From the NCBI GenBank assembly GCA_035762345.1, contig DASTPE010000114.1, positions 3,501 to 67,500 of the forward strand: DNA of 64,000 bases, written 5' to 3'. Positions 39,915 through 49,795 of this stretch are shown one piece after another (position 1 is the first letter of the stretch; every line of letters begins with the position of its first letter). Source of the stretch: Burkholderiales bacterium (GTDB taxonomy: Bacteria; Pseudomonadota; Gammaproteobacteria; Burkholderiales; SG8-39). Both the position numbers and the translations under genes were made by a program. The notes beneath the pieces are model-generated. The model was not told where the DNA came from and ran no database searches. It saw nothing but the letters and a program-made list of their open reading frames with translations.

Positions 39915-40313
39915 GTGTTCAACAAGACGAGCAAGCCGCAGAACAGGATTGATAGCCTGATCGGTGCGACCACCCGCGTTGAAGGCAACGTGATCTTCAG
40001 TGGTGGATTGCGCGTGGACGGTATGGTGCGCGGCAATATCGCCGCACTTCCCGACCAGCCGGGCACGCTCGTGGTTTCATCTGATGGGCGTATCGACGGT
40101 GAAGTGCAGGCCGCGCACATCGTGGTAAGCGGCACGATCCAGGGGCCGGTGCATGCCACGGAGACGCTCGAACTACAGGCAGGCTCGCGGGTCAAAGGAG
40201 ACGTGTACTACAAGAGCATTGAGGTCCATCAGGGCGCCGTGGTTGAGGGCCGCCTGGTGCCTCACCCCGCCGAGGCGAAAGGAGTCGAGCTCAAGCTCGC
40301 CTCGGGCGGATAA
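39915..40313 (+). CDS. bactofilin-family cytoskeletal protein
   Basis: IGATTRVEGNVIFSGGLRVDGMVRGNI ... repeated G.V beta-helix pattern, 132 aa; GTG start with GAAGGAG upstream. Confidence 0.85.
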   Translation: MFNKTSKPQNRIDSLIGATTRVEGNVIFSGGLRVDGMVRGNIAALPDQPGTLVVSSDGRIDGEVQAAHIVVSGTIQGPVHATETLELQAGSRVKGDVYYKSIEVHQGAVVEGRLVPHPAEAKGVELKLASGG

Positions 40314-40330
40314 TCGCAAAGGAACGCTGA

Positions 40331-40681
40331 ATGAACGCAGTTACGGAAATTCCGGCGCCGCTGGTTTTCACCGATAGCGCCGCCAACAAGGTCAAGCAAC
40401 TCATCGAAGAGGAAGGCAACCTGGAGCTCAAGCTTCGCGTGTTCGTTACCGGAGGCGGTTGCTCTGGATTTCAGTACGGGTTCACCTTCGACGAGGTGCA
40501 GAACGCGGACGACGCGTCGATGGAGAAGAACGGCGTCACGCTGCTCATCGACCCGATGAGCTACCAGTACCTCGTCGGCGCCGAAATCGATTATCAGGAA
40601 GGCCTGGAAGGCGCGCAGTTCGTAATCAAGAACCCGAACGCCCAGAGTACCTGCGGCTGCGGGTCGTCTTTCTCCGCCTAG
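40331..40681 (+). CDS. erpA: iron-sulfur cluster insertion protein ErpA
   Basis: 116 aa, [15 protein letters not shown] and C-terminal CGCGSSF. Confidence 0.95.
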   Translation: MNAVTEIPAPLVFTDSAANKVKQLIEEEGNLELKLRVFVTGGGCSGFQYGFTFDEVQNADDASMEKNGVTLLIDPMSYQYLVGAEIDYQEGLEGAQFVIKNPNAQSTCGCGSSFSA

Positions 40682-40699
40682 GCAACAGGTTTCATCCCG

Positions 40700-40723
40700 C
40701 AAAGGGCCCGAACGGGCCCTTTG
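40700..40723. terminator. bidirectional hairpin between convergent erpA and the M23 peptidase gene
   Basis: CAAAGGGCCC-GAAC-GGGCCCTTTG, T-rich on the + side. Confidence 0.6.
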
Positions 40724-40727
40724 TTCT

Positions 40728-41966
40728 TCAGTCTAGCCGGGCTAGCGCGCTGTTCGCGATCAGGTCGAGCCGTGTGACGAGCGGCTCGGCATGGCTGCGG
40801 AATGTGGCGAGGTCCTGCGGCGCCACCGGCAGCGCGGCCGGCATGGCGACCGACAACGGGTTGCGCGCCTCGCCGGCAACGCGGAACTCGTAGTGCAGGT
40901 GCGGTCCAGTCGCCCAGCCGGTCTGTCCGACCGCGCCGATGGTATCGTTCTGTGCGACACGCTGGCCGCGGTGCACGTTGATGCGGCTCAGGTGAGCGTA
41001 GACGGTGGAATACTGGCCGTGGTGACGGATGATCACGACCTTGCCGTAGCCGCCCCTCAGGCCGGCATGGTCGACGACGCCGTCGCCGATCGCGCGGACG
41101 CGAGTGCCGGTCGGCGCGGCATAGTCTATCCCCTGGTGCTTGATCCAGGCTTGCGCGATCGGGTGACGGCGCATGCCGAAGCCCGAGCTCACGCGAGAGA
41201 ACTCCAGCGGCGAGCGCAGAAACGCCTTGCGCAGGTTCTTGCCTTCGGGCGTGTAGTAGCCGGTGCGAAAGTGCACCGCGCGGAAGGTCTTGCGGTTATT
41301 GGTGAACTCGGCAGCGAGGAGGCGGCCAGCGCGCACTGGGCGCCCGCCGAGGTAATGGAGTTCGTAGACCACGGCGAACTGATCACCCTTGCGCAGATCA
41401 CGGTGAAAGTCGATGTCGCCGCCGAATACGTCGCCGAGCTGCATCGCAATGCTGTCCGGGATGCCGGCGTCGTCCGCGGCGGCAAAGAGCGAACTCTCGA
41501 TGACCCCCGATTTCATCGCGACGCGCGTGTAGAGCTGCGCCCGGTCGTCGGTGACGCGGAACTGGCCGTTCGCTTCGGCCACGACTTTCACCACGGTGTC
41601 GCGTCCGGAGAGAAAGGACAGCATGAGCAGCTCGCCCTCGGCGCTAACCTCGGCGCTGACATGCGTTCCCGGCCGCAGCTGCTGCAGCACGCGCAGCTTG
41701 GCCAGCCGGGCAGCGTGCGGCGGCTCGATACCGAGGCGCTCGAGGAACGCGGGCAGGGTGTCGCCGCGCTGATAGAGCTCTTCGCGGAAATAGGATGTCG
41801 GTGCAGGCGTGGCGTCTGGCCGGATCTCGAGCGCCTCCACGATTGGCCGCCGCGGCGGCTGAACTCGCTGTTCGGCGCGCGGTGCAATAGTCGCGAAGGC
41901 CACCACGCCGGAAACAGCGAGGACCCCAATCGCGGCGATGCCGCCGAGCCGCCCGAGCGTTCTCAT
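40728..41966 (-). CDS. M23-family peptidoglycan metalloendopeptidase
   Basis: N-terminal anchor, C-terminal [14 protein letters not shown] ... [12 protein letters not shown] (M23 zinc motifs). Confidence 0.9.
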   Translation of the reverse strand: MRTLGRLGGIAAIGVLAVSGVVAFATIAPRAEQRVQPPRRPIVEALEIRPDATPAPTSYFREELYQRGDTLPAFLERLGIEPPHAARLAKLRVLQQLRPGTHVSAEVSAEGELLMLSFLSGRDTVVKVVAEANGQFRVTDDRAQLYTRVAMKSGVIESSLFAAADDAGIPDSIAMQLGDVFGGDIDFHRDLRKGDQFAVVYELHYLGGRPVRAGRLLAAEFTNNRKTFRAVHFRTGYYTPEGKNLRKAFLRSPLEFSRVSSGFGMRRHPIAQAWIKHQGIDYAAPTGTRVRAIGDGVVDHAGLRGGYGKVVIIRHHGQYSTVYAHLSRINVHRGQRVAQNDTIGAVGQTGWATGPHLHYEFRVAGEARNPLSVAMPAALPVAPQDLATFRSHAEPLVTRLDLIANSALARLD

Positions 41967-42039
41967 GAATCCGCTAGAATCCCTTGAATTTCATAAGCCT
42001 GCGCAGTCTAGCAAACAACCCAGGGTAGAGAAAATCAGC

Positions 42040-43239
42040 ATGTCGGCCATCGAGCAGGCCATTCAGACCATTCGCCGGGGAACCGAGGAGTTAATCGTCG
42101 AGGAGGAGCTGAAAAACAAGCTCGCGAGCGGCCGCAAGCTCCGCATCAAGCTCGGCCTGGACCCGACCGCGCCCGATCTGCACCTCGGACATACCGTGGT
42201 AATCAACAAGTTGCGCGACTTCCAGCAACTCGGCCACCAGGTGCAGTTTCTGATCGGAGATTTCACCGGGATGATTGGCGATCCGACTGGCAAGAATCAG
42301 ACCCGGCCGCCGCTCACCCGTGAAGAGATCGAGCGAAATGCAAAAAGTTATCAGGAGCAGGTTTTCAAGATTCTTGACCCGGACAAGACCCAGATCCTCT
42401 ACAACTCGGAGTGGTCGGACAAGCTGGGCGCCGAAGGGATGATTCGGCTCGCTGCGCGCTACACCGTGGCGAGGCTTCTTGAGCGCGACGACTTCTCCAA
42501 AAGGATGAAGGCAAATCAGCCGATCGCGCTGCACGAGCTGCTCTATCCCCTGGTGCAAGGCTACGACTCGGTGGCGATGAAGGCGGACGTCGAGCTCGGC
42601 GGCACCGATCAGAAATTCAACCTGCTCGTGGGCCGCGAGCTCCAGAAGCAGTACGGCCAGGAGCCGCAGTGCATCCTCACCATGCCACTGCTCGAAGGCC
42701 TCGACGGCAAGGAGAAGATGTCGAAGTCACTCGGCAACTACGTCGGCATTGCCGAGCCACCGCAGGAGATCTTCGGCAAGCTGATGTCGATCTCCGACGA
42801 GCTGATGTGGCGCTACCTCGATCTCCTGTCGTTTGAATCTTCGGCCGCGATCCAGCGCTGGAAGGACGAAGTCGCCCGCGGCCGCAACCCGCGCGACATC
42901 AAGGTGCTGTTCGCCAAGGAGATCGTCGCGCGTTTCCACAGCAAGCAGGGCGCCGATGCCGCGGAGGAAGCTTTCGAGCGGCGCCATCGGCATGGCGAGC
43001 TTCCCGAGGACATGACGGAATTCGTGGTTCCTGCCGGCGCGAGGGAGATCGTCATTACGCAGATCATGAAGACGGCCGGATTTGCGCCGAGCGTCTCCGA
43101 GGCGCAGCGCCTGATCGAGCAAGGCGGCGTAAAGGTGGACGGTGAGCGGGTGTCGGACCGCTCGCTGCGCTTCAGCGCTGGCCACTCGTTCGTACTGCAG
43201 GTGGGTAAGCGCAAAGCGGCCAGGATCCGGGTCACATGA
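42040..43239 (+). CDS. tyrS: tyrosine--tRNA ligase
   Basis: [11 protein letters not shown] (HIGH), KMSKS motif (KMSKSLGN), C-terminal S4 domain. Confidence 0.96.
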   Translation: MSAIEQAIQTIRRGTEELIVEEELKNKLASGRKLRIKLGLDPTAPDLHLGHTVVINKLRDFQQLGHQVQFLIGDFTGMIGDPTGKNQTRPPLTREEIERNAKSYQEQVFKILDPDKTQILYNSEWSDKLGAEGMIRLAARYTVARLLERDDFSKRMKANQPIALHELLYPLVQGYDSVAMKADVELGGTDQKFNLLVGRELQKQYGQEPQCILTMPLLEGLDGKEKMSKSLGNYVGIAEPPQEIFGKLMSISDELMWRYLDLLSFESSAAIQRWKDEVARGRNPRDIKVLFAKEIVARFHSKQGADAAEEAFERRHRHGELPEDMTEFVVPAGAREIVITQIMKTAGFAPSVSEAQRLIEQGGVKVDGERVSDRSLRFSAGHSFVLQVGKRKAARIRVT

Positions 43240-44018
43240 ACTCGCCGCAGTACGAGGTGTACGCCGTCAAGTACGCGCACCACGCGCGCCGCGCATCCGA
43301 GAACTTCATCGGCGGCGATCCGCACGACGGTCCCATGCCGCTCGATTACTTCGTATGGCTAGTCCGCGGCGCGGGGCGCGAAATCGTCGTCGACACCGGT
43401 TTTTCCACGGCGATGGCGGCCAAGCGCGGGCGCGATCACATTCGCTGCCCGACTGAAGGCTTGAAGTTCCTGGGAATAGATTCGAAAAGCGTGCGCGATG
43501 TGGTCATCACTCATCTGCACTATGACCACGTCGGCAACTTCGATCTTTTCCCGGCGGCGACGCTGCATCTGCAGGACCTCGAGATGCGCTATGCGACCGG
43601 GCGCTACATGGCGCACGACTGCTTCCGCGGCGCGTACGAGGTCGAGGATGTGGTGGGCATGGTGCGCCGGGTATACGAGAACCGTGTGTGCTTCCATAAC
43701 GGCGACGCCGAGATCGCGCCCGGTGTCTCGGTGCATCTCATCGGCGGCCACACCATGGGCCTGCAGGTCGTGCGCGTAGCAACGCGTCGCGGCGCGGTCG
43801 TGCTCGCCTCTGACGCAAGTCACTTCTACGCGAACATGGAGCAGACGCGGCCGTTTCCAATCGTGTGGTCGGTGGCCGACATGGTCGACGGCTACGGCAA
43901 GCTGCGCGCGCTCGCCGATTCGGCCGCGCACATCATCCCCGGCCACGATCCGCTGGTGCTCGAGCGCTATCCCGCGCCCTCGAGCAGCCTGCAAGGGATC
44001 GCGGTCAGGCTGGACTGA
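43236..44018 (+). CDS. N-acyl-homoserine-lactonase-like MBL-fold hydrolase
   Basis: HLHYDHVG (HxHxDH), later H and D ligands (GGHTMG, ASDASH, PGHD); ATGA overlap with tyrS. Confidence 0.75.
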   Translation: MNSPQYEVYAVKYAHHARRASENFIGGDPHDGPMPLDYFVWLVRGAGREIVVDTGFSTAMAAKRGRDHIRCPTEGLKFLGIDSKSVRDVVITHLHYDHVGNFDLFPAATLHLQDLEMRYATGRYMAHDCFRGAYEVEDVVGMVRRVYENRVCFHNGDAEIAPGVSVHLIGGHTMGLQVVRVATRRGAVVLASDASHFYANMEQTRPFPIVWSVADMVDGYGKLRALADSAAHIIPGHDPLVLERYPAPSSSLQGIAVRLD

Positions 44019-45204
44019 CGCGCACCGCCGCGTCCTTGCGCTTCCACACCTCGGGCAGCAGCTCGCAACCGATTCCCGGACCTGGTGGTCTCTCGAGCAA
44101 ACCCATTTTTGGCTTCGGGACGTGCGTAACGAGCTCGTTGTACCAGCCGGTATAGAACGCGCGTACCGACTCCTGCACGAGCGCGTTGGGCGCGTGGATC
44201 GAGAAATGCACCGAGGCCGCGTACACGAGCGGCCCGGTGCAATCGTGCGGTGCCACGGGGAGCTGCCAGGCATCGGCGAGCGCAGCGATACGCCGCGCCT
44301 CGCTGATTCCGCCGCACCAGGCGAGATCGAACATCACGATCCCGGCGACGCCAGTCTCGAGGAGATCCTTGAAGCTCCAGCGCCCGGCGAGCGTTTCCGA
44401 GGCGCAGATCGGCGCCTTGGAATGCGCTGCGTATTGCTTGAGCAGCGCGAGGCTGTCCATACGGATTGGATCTTCGTGCCAGAACGTGTCGAACTCGGCA
44501 AGCGCGCGGGCGATCTTTTGCGCCGCAGGCAGGCGCCACAGCGAGTGGAACTCGACCATGATGTCCATGCGGTTGCCGACTGCGGCTCGGATCCGGCGGA
44601 AGGGTTCCAATGATTTGTCGAGATCCGGACCCGAGATGTACTGGCCGTCGCTCGTTTCGGCATGCGGGTCGAACGGCCAGATCTTCATTCCGGTAATGCC
44701 CTGCTCCAAGAGCGAGTGCGCGAGTTCATCCGCCCGATGCAGAAAAGCGTCCAGGTCTTCGTACGGTCCCTCCGATCTTCCGTCGAGGCCCCAATTCCCG
44801 GTGCTCTGTCCGCCGGCCGACCGGATGTAGCGATAGCCGGCGCAGGTGTTATAGGTGCGGATGGCGCTGCGGCTCGCGCCGCCGAGCACCTGATAGAGCG
44901 GCTGGTTGCATACTTTGCCGTACAGGTCCCACAGCGCGAGGTCGAGCGCCGAGGCCGCGCGCGTCTCGACGCCCGCGCCGCGCCAGCCAAGGTAGCCCGT
45001 AAGGCTGCGCGTGAGAGCCTCGATCTCAAACGGATCTTTTCCGAGAACGCGCGGCGCCACATGTTCGTGCAGATACGTCTCAACGCTCTGCGCGGCGTAG
45101 CTCGTCTCGCCCAGACCGCTCACCGCCTGGTCCGTGTGCACCCGCAGCCAAAGCAAGTTTGGGAACTCCAACAGCCGCAGCGTTTCCAGGCGGGTGATCT
45201 TCAT
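44005..45204 (-). CDS. enolase-superfamily enzyme (mandelate racemase / muconate lactonizing enzyme family, acid-sugar dehydratase-like)
   Basis: MKITRLETLRL..., ALDLALWDLYGK, MVEFH, WHEDP, metal-ligand spacing typical of MR/MLE family. Confidence 0.8.
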   Translation of the reverse strand: MKITRLETLRLLEFPNLLWLRVHTDQAVSGLGETSYAAQSVETYLHEHVAPRVLGKDPFEIEALTRSLTGYLGWRGAGVETRAASALDLALWDLYGKVCNQPLYQVLGGASRSAIRTYNTCAGYRYIRSAGGQSTGNWGLDGRSEGPYEDLDAFLHRADELAHSLLEQGITGMKIWPFDPHAETSDGQYISGPDLDKSLEPFRRIRAAVGNRMDIMVEFHSLWRLPAAQKIARALAEFDTFWHEDPIRMDSLALLKQYAAHSKAPICASETLAGRWSFKDLLETGVAGIVMFDLAWCGGISEARRIAALADAWQLPVAPHDCTGPLVYAASVHFSIHAPNALVQESVRAFYTGWYNELVTHVPKPKMGLLERPPGPGIGCELLPEVWKRKDAAVRVSPA

Positions 45205-45236
45205 ATAACATTTCCTTCCTTCCGGAGGAGGAGCCT

Positions 45237-46370
45237 ATGAAAAGAGCATTGTCACTTACCGCCTTTGCCGCCGCGGCGACGGTCGCGTTTTCAGCGAGCG
45301 CCCAGCAACCAGCGGCGAAGCAGCTGAAGATGCAATCGACCTGGCCGGCCAGCCTGACGCTGCAGGACAACTTCAAGTTCTTCGCCGAGCGCGTCGACAA
45401 GCTGACCAGCGGGCAGGTCAAGATCGAAGCGATGGCCGCCGGTCAGATCGTACCGGCATTCGAGATTCTCGATGCCACGCACAAGAAGGTGATCGACGGC
45501 GGCCACGGCGTCGCGTACTACTGGGTCGGCAAGAACAAGGCGGCGACGTTGTTCTCCGCCACGCCGGCCGGGCCTTTCGGCATGGACCATTTCGATTTCC
45601 TCGGTTGGCTGCACGAGGGCGGCGGTAATGCGCTCTACGACGAGTTCTACCGCGATGTCCTCAAGCTGAACGTCATGGGGATGCCGATCGGCGGCTCGAG
45701 CCCGCAGGCGCTCGGGTGGTTCAAGCGCCCGATCAAGGACCTCGCCGACTTCAAAGGGCTTAAATGCCGGCAGACCGGCATCGTTTCGGAGATCTACCAG
45801 CGCATGGGCATGCAGACGGTGAACATGCCCGGCGGCGAGATCGTGCCTTCCGCGCAGCGCGGTGTGATCGACTGCGCCGAGTGGGTGGGTGGCATCGAGG
45901 ACCTGCGTTTGGGCCTGCCGCAGGTATGGAAGTACCACTACACGCCGGGGATGCACGAGTCGAATTCGATGCTTGAACTGATCGTCAACACCGAAATGTG
46001 GAAGAGCTTCACCCCGCAACAGCAGGAGGCCTGGCGCTCGGCCACGCTCGAGACCTTCGTACGTTGGGGAGTGCGGTGGCAGAAGCAGAACGCGGACGCA
46101 ATCGAAGAGATGCGCACTAAACATGGCACCCAGATGCTGCGCACGCCGCCCGCGATCCTTGTCGACTTCCTGAAGACCTGGGACACCATCGCCGCCGAGG
46201 AGTCGGCCAAGAACCCGTTCTTCAAGAAGGTCTACGACTCACAGCGCGAGTACGCGGCGAAGGTGGTGCCGGCCAAGCGCTTCATGTTCCCTCCGTATTC
46301 GTTCGCGGCGAACTATTACTTCCCCGAAAAGCCAGCCGCCGTGGCCAAGGGGAAAGAAAAGTCGAAGTAA
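45237..46370 (+). CDS. TRAP transporter substrate-binding protein (COG4663 / FcbT1-like), paralog 1
   Basis: Signal peptide, KMQSTWPASL, GWFKRPIK, CAEWVGG; GGAGGAGGAG SD. Confidence 0.85.
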   Translation: MKRALSLTAFAAAATVAFSASAQQPAAKQLKMQSTWPASLTLQDNFKFFAERVDKLTSGQVKIEAMAAGQIVPAFEILDATHKKVIDGGHGVAYYWVGKNKAATLFSATPAGPFGMDHFDFLGWLHEGGGNALYDEFYRDVLKLNVMGMPIGGSSPQALGWFKRPIKDLADFKGLKCRQTGIVSEIYQRMGMQTVNMPGGEIVPSAQRGVIDCAEWVGGIEDLRLGLPQVWKYHYTPGMHESNSMLELIVNTEMWKSFTPQQQEAWRSATLETFVRWGVRWQKQNADAIEEMRTKHGTQMLRTPPAILVDFLKTWDTIAAEESAKNPFFKKVYDSQREYAAKVVPAKRFMFPPYSFAANYYFPEKPAAVAKGKEKSK

Positions 46371-46387
46371 CGGCATAACGGCGCACC

Positions 46388-46420
46388 GCAAGGGGCGCGC
46401 CTTGGCGCCCCCTTGCTTTT
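46388..46420 (+). terminator. hairpin plus T-run after SBP paralog 1
   Basis: GCAAGGGGCGC-loop-GCGCCCCCTTGC (one bulged C) followed by TTTT. Confidence 0.5.
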
Positions 46421-46437
46421 CCAGCCCTGCCTTTCCG

Positions 46438-46466
46438 TTGACCCCATAAAAACAAGCGTGTACCCT
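46438..46466 (+). promoter_or_regulatory. possible sigma70-type promoter for SBP paralog 2-dctQM
   Basis: TTGACC, 17-nt spacer, TACCCT; weak -10, purely pattern-based. Confidence 0.25.
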
Positions 46467-46508
46467 GCCTTCGCCCTAGTACACCCCTTTTCGAGGAGGA
46501 GGAGATTC

Positions 46509-47630
46509 ATGAGGCATTTCGTGCGTTCAGCGGCGGCGCTCGCGGCCGCCGCTGCATTCTCGGCCGGCGCGCAGGCTCAGACGAGCCTCAAGATGCAGGC
46601 CACATGGCCCGCAAGCCTGACGCTGTACGAGAACTTCACGTACTTCGTTGATCGCATCCACAAGGTCTCCGGCGGCAGCCTCAAGATCGATGCGATGCCC
46701 GCGGGCCAGGTGGTGCCGGCGTTCGAGGTTCTCGACGCCACGCACAAGAAGGTGCTCGATGGCGCGCATGCATGGTCGGGTTACTGGGTCGGCAAGAACA
46801 AGGCCGCGATTCTCTGCACCGGCGGACCCGGCGGCACGTTCGGCATGGACATGATCGACGCGCTCGGCTGGATGCACCACGGCGGCGGCATAGACCTGTG
46901 CAACGAGCTCTTCCAGAAGGAGCTCAAGCTCAACGTGCAGTGGATCCCGATCCTGCCCTCGGGCCCGCAGGCGTTCGGCTGGTTCAAGCGGCCGATCAAG
47001 AATCTCGCCGACTTCAAGGGCATGAAGTGCCGCCAGACCGGGATGGCCGCCGAGATCTGGCAGAGGATGGGAATGCAGACCGTCAACATGCCCGGCGGCG
47101 AGATCATCCCCTCGGCGCAGCGCGGCGTCATCGACTGTGCGGAGTGGGTGGGCGGCGTCGAAGACCTGCGCCTGGGCTTCCACAACGTGTGGAAGTACCA
47201 CTACACCCCTGGGGTGCACGAAAACGTGACGATCGGCGAAGTGCTGGTGAACGGCGACGTATGGAAGAGCCTGAAGCCCGAGCACCAGGAGTTGATCAAG
47301 ACGGTGGCGAGCGAAACCTTCATCATCTGGTGGGCGAAGTGGCAGCGCCAGAATGCCGACGCCATCAAGGAGCTGCAGGAGAAGCACGGCGTGCGCATCC
47401 TGCGCACCCCGGGCGACATCCTGATCGAGTTCCTGAAGACCTGGGACAAGATCGCGGCCGAGGAATCGGCGAAGAGCCCGTTCTTCAAGAAGACGCTCGA
47501 GTCGCAGCGCCAGTACGCGTCGCTCGTCGTGCCGGCGAAGCGCTTCATGTTCCCGCCATACTCCTTCGTAGCGAACTACTACTTCCCGGAGAAACCTGCC
47601 GGGGCGGCGAAGGCCGAGGCGAAGAAGTAG
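46509..47630 (+). CDS. TRAP transporter substrate-binding protein (COG4663 / FcbT1-like), paralog 2
   Basis: Signal peptide, KMQATWPASL, GWFKRPIK, CAEWVGG; collinear with paralog 1 over the full length. Confidence 0.85.
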   Translation: MRHFVRSAAALAAAAAFSAGAQAQTSLKMQATWPASLTLYENFTYFVDRIHKVSGGSLKIDAMPAGQVVPAFEVLDATHKKVLDGAHAWSGYWVGKNKAAILCTGGPGGTFGMDMIDALGWMHHGGGIDLCNELFQKELKLNVQWIPILPSGPQAFGWFKRPIKNLADFKGMKCRQTGMAAEIWQRMGMQTVNMPGGEIIPSAQRGVIDCAEWVGGVEDLRLGFHNVWKYHYTPGVHENVTIGEVLVNGDVWKSLKPEHQELIKTVASETFIIWWAKWQRQNADAIKELQEKHGVRILRTPGDILIEFLKTWDKIAAEESAKSPFFKKTLESQRQYASLVVPAKRFMFPPYSFVANYYFPEKPAGAAKAEAKK

Positions 47631-47646
47631 CGGATTTGATCGCAAG

Positions 47647-47677
47647 ACGGGGGCGGAACACCGCCCCCGTTTAGTTT
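47647..47677 (+). terminator. strong hairpin between SBP2 and dctQ (partial terminator / attenuator)
   Basis: ACGGGGGCGG-AACA-CCGCCCCCGT followed by TTAGTTT. Confidence 0.5.
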
Positions 47678-47687
47678 CGGGGGGTTC

Positions 47688-48239
47688 ATGCCTCACCCGT
47701 CGGCGGGCCTGATAAAGACGGTCCGCGTCATCGACAAGTTCACCGATACCACCGGTACTTGGGTGGCCTGGCTGAACGTCCCGCTGGTCGCGGCGGTCGC
47801 GTACGAGGTGCTCGCGCGCTACGCCTTCCACGCCCCGACCATCTGGTCGTTCGACGTCACGTACATGTTGTACGGCACGATCTTCATGCTCGGCGCCGCC
47901 TACGCCCTGCACAAGGGCGCGCACATCCGCACCGACTTCTTCTTCGAGAAATGGTCGATCCGCACCAAGGGGATCATCGACTCGACGGCGTACATCGTGT
48001 TCTTCTTTCCCTCGATCTTCACCTTCCTGGTGGTGAGCGGTGCGGAAGGCTGGTACGCCTATGAGATCAATGAGACCTCGGAGCAGACGCCGTGGCGGCC
48101 AATCCTGTGGCCGTTCAAGATGGTGGTGCCGCTCGCCTGCCTGCTGCTGCTCATCCAGGGCGTGTCGGAGACGATCAAGAGCGTGTACGCCGCCCGGCTG
48201 GGCATCGAACTGGAGCACAAGGAAAAAGTCGAGGTATGA
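47688..48239 (+). CDS. TRAP transporter small permease subunit
   Basis: 183 aa, four TM helices, position between SBP and large permease. Confidence 0.85.
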   Translation: MPHPSAGLIKTVRVIDKFTDTTGTWVAWLNVPLVAAVAYEVLARYAFHAPTIWSFDVTYMLYGTIFMLGAAYALHKGAHIRTDFFFEKWSIRTKGIIDSTAYIVFFFPSIFTFLVVSGAEGWYAYEINETSEQTPWRPILWPFKMVVPLACLLLLIQGVSETIKSVYAARLGIELEHKEKVEV

Positions 48240-49744
48240 GCGGCCTCGCCTTCCTCGGCTTGATCATGCTGGTTGTCATGATCGGTGCCATCTTCATCGG
48301 TTTTCCGATCTCGTTCACGCTGCTGTTCCTCGCGCTGACCTTCGGCTACTTCGGGCTGGGCGAGGTGGTGTTCAGCCTGGCGTACTTCCAGACCATCGGC
48401 CTGATGAAGGAGGAGCTGCTCGCCGCGGTGCCGCTCTTCATCTTCATGGGCTTCCTTACCGAGCAGGCCGGGCTGATGGAACGCCTTTTCGTGGCCCTGC
48501 GCAACATCCTGGCGCCGATCCGCGGCTCGCTCTTCGCGGTGGTCATCCTCACCGCGGCGATCTTCGCCATGGCGACCGGCATCGTCGGCGCGGCGGTTAC
48601 CGTGCTCGGCATCATGGCGAGCCCAATCATGGTACGCACCGGCTACGACGGGCGGCTCGCCGCGGGCGCGATCACCGCCGGCGGAACGCTCGGCATCCTG
48701 ATCCCGCCCTCGGTCATGCTGATCGTGATGGGACCGGTGCTGGGCGTGTCGGTCGCCGATCTCTATGCCTCCGCGTTCGGCCCGGGGTTCCTCCTCGCCG
48801 GGCTGTACCTCGTCTATCTGCTTGGCCGGTCGTTTATCAACCCGAAGCTCGGCCCGCCGGTGCCCAAGGAAGAGCGCGTCCACAGCCTCGCGGTGATGCT
48901 CAAGGAGGTGGTTGTCGGCGTGGTTCCGCTCGTGGCGCTGATCGCCGCCGCGCTCGGCTCGATCCTCGCCGGCCTCGCGACGCCGACCGAGGCTTCCGGC
49001 ATCGGAGCGCTCGGCGCCATGCTGCTCGCCGCCGCGTACGGCAAGCTCACCTACGCCGGCGTGAAGCGCGCGGTCCTCAGCACGACCGCCACCTCGAGCA
49101 TGGTGCTGCTGCTCGCCATGTGCTCGAACATTTTCGGTGCGGTGTTCGCGCGTCTCGGCACCGCGAACTGGATCACCGATTCGATGCTCGCGCTGCCGTT
49201 CTCGCCGGTGATGATGTTGATCGTGGTGCTGTTCCTCATCTTCCTCCTCGGCTGGCCGTTCGAATGGCCGGCGATCATTCTGGTGTTCCTGCCGATCTTC
49301 TATCCGGTCATGGACGCGCTGCGGCCCGAGCTCGGCAAGTCGCTCGGCATCGCGCCCGACATGGTGATGGTGTGGTTCGGGGCTACGGTCGCGGTGGTGC
49401 TGCAGACCGCGTTCCTTTCGCCGCCAGTGGCCATGTCGGCGTACTACCTGCGCCAGGTGGTGCGCGAATGGTCGCTCGCCACGATCTACAAGGGCATGTT
49501 CGAGTTCATGATCCTTCAGGTGATCGCGATCGCGCTCATCGTCGCCTTCCCCGGGATCGCGACCACGTTTCCCGAGCAGCTGCAGGCCGAGGCGCGCGCC
49601 GTCAAGACCGAGGAAGTGGACGACAGCGCGAACCGGCTCGAAGAAGACCCGCTGAAGACGATGCAGGACCAGATCCAGCAACAGAAGGAGGAGGAGGGCG
49701 CCGGAGACAGCCTGGAACAAGACGAGCTCTCCAAGAAGAAGTAG
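48236..49744 (+). CDS. TRAP transporter large permease subunit with hydrophilic acidic C-terminal tail
   Basis: About 12 or more TM segments, DctM-like; ATGA overlap with the small subunit. Confidence 0.9.
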   Translation: MSGLAFLGLIMLVVMIGAIFIGFPISFTLLFLALTFGYFGLGEVVFSLAYFQTIGLMKEELLAAVPLFIFMGFLTEQAGLMERLFVALRNILAPIRGSLFAVVILTAAIFAMATGIVGAAVTVLGIMASPIMVRTGYDGRLAAGAITAGGTLGILIPPSVMLIVMGPVLGVSVADLYASAFGPGFLLAGLYLVYLLGRSFINPKLGPPVPKEERVHSLAVMLKEVVVGVVPLVALIAAALGSILAGLATPTEASGIGALGAMLLAAAYGKLTYAGVKRAVLSTTATSSMVLLLAMCSNIFGAVFARLGTANWITDSMLALPFSPVMMLIVVLFLIFLLGWPFEWPAIILVFLPIFYPVMDALRPELGKSLGIAPDMVMVWFGATVAVVLQTAFLSPPVAMSAYYLRQVVREWSLATIYKGMFEFMILQVIAIALIVAFPGIATTFPEQLQAEARAVKTEEVDDSANRLEEDPLKTMQDQIQQQKEEEGAGDSLEQDELSKKK

Positions 49745-49763
49745 CCGGGCGCACCGTCAGTCG

Positions 49764-49793
49764 ACGCCGGGCGGCCCCCGGCGTTATTTTTTT
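49764..49793 (+). terminator. rho-independent terminator after the TRAP operon
   Basis: ACGCCGGG-CGGCC-CCCGGCGT then TATTTTTTT, ending 2 nt before the next ATG. Confidence 0.65.
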
Positions 49794-49795
49794 GC

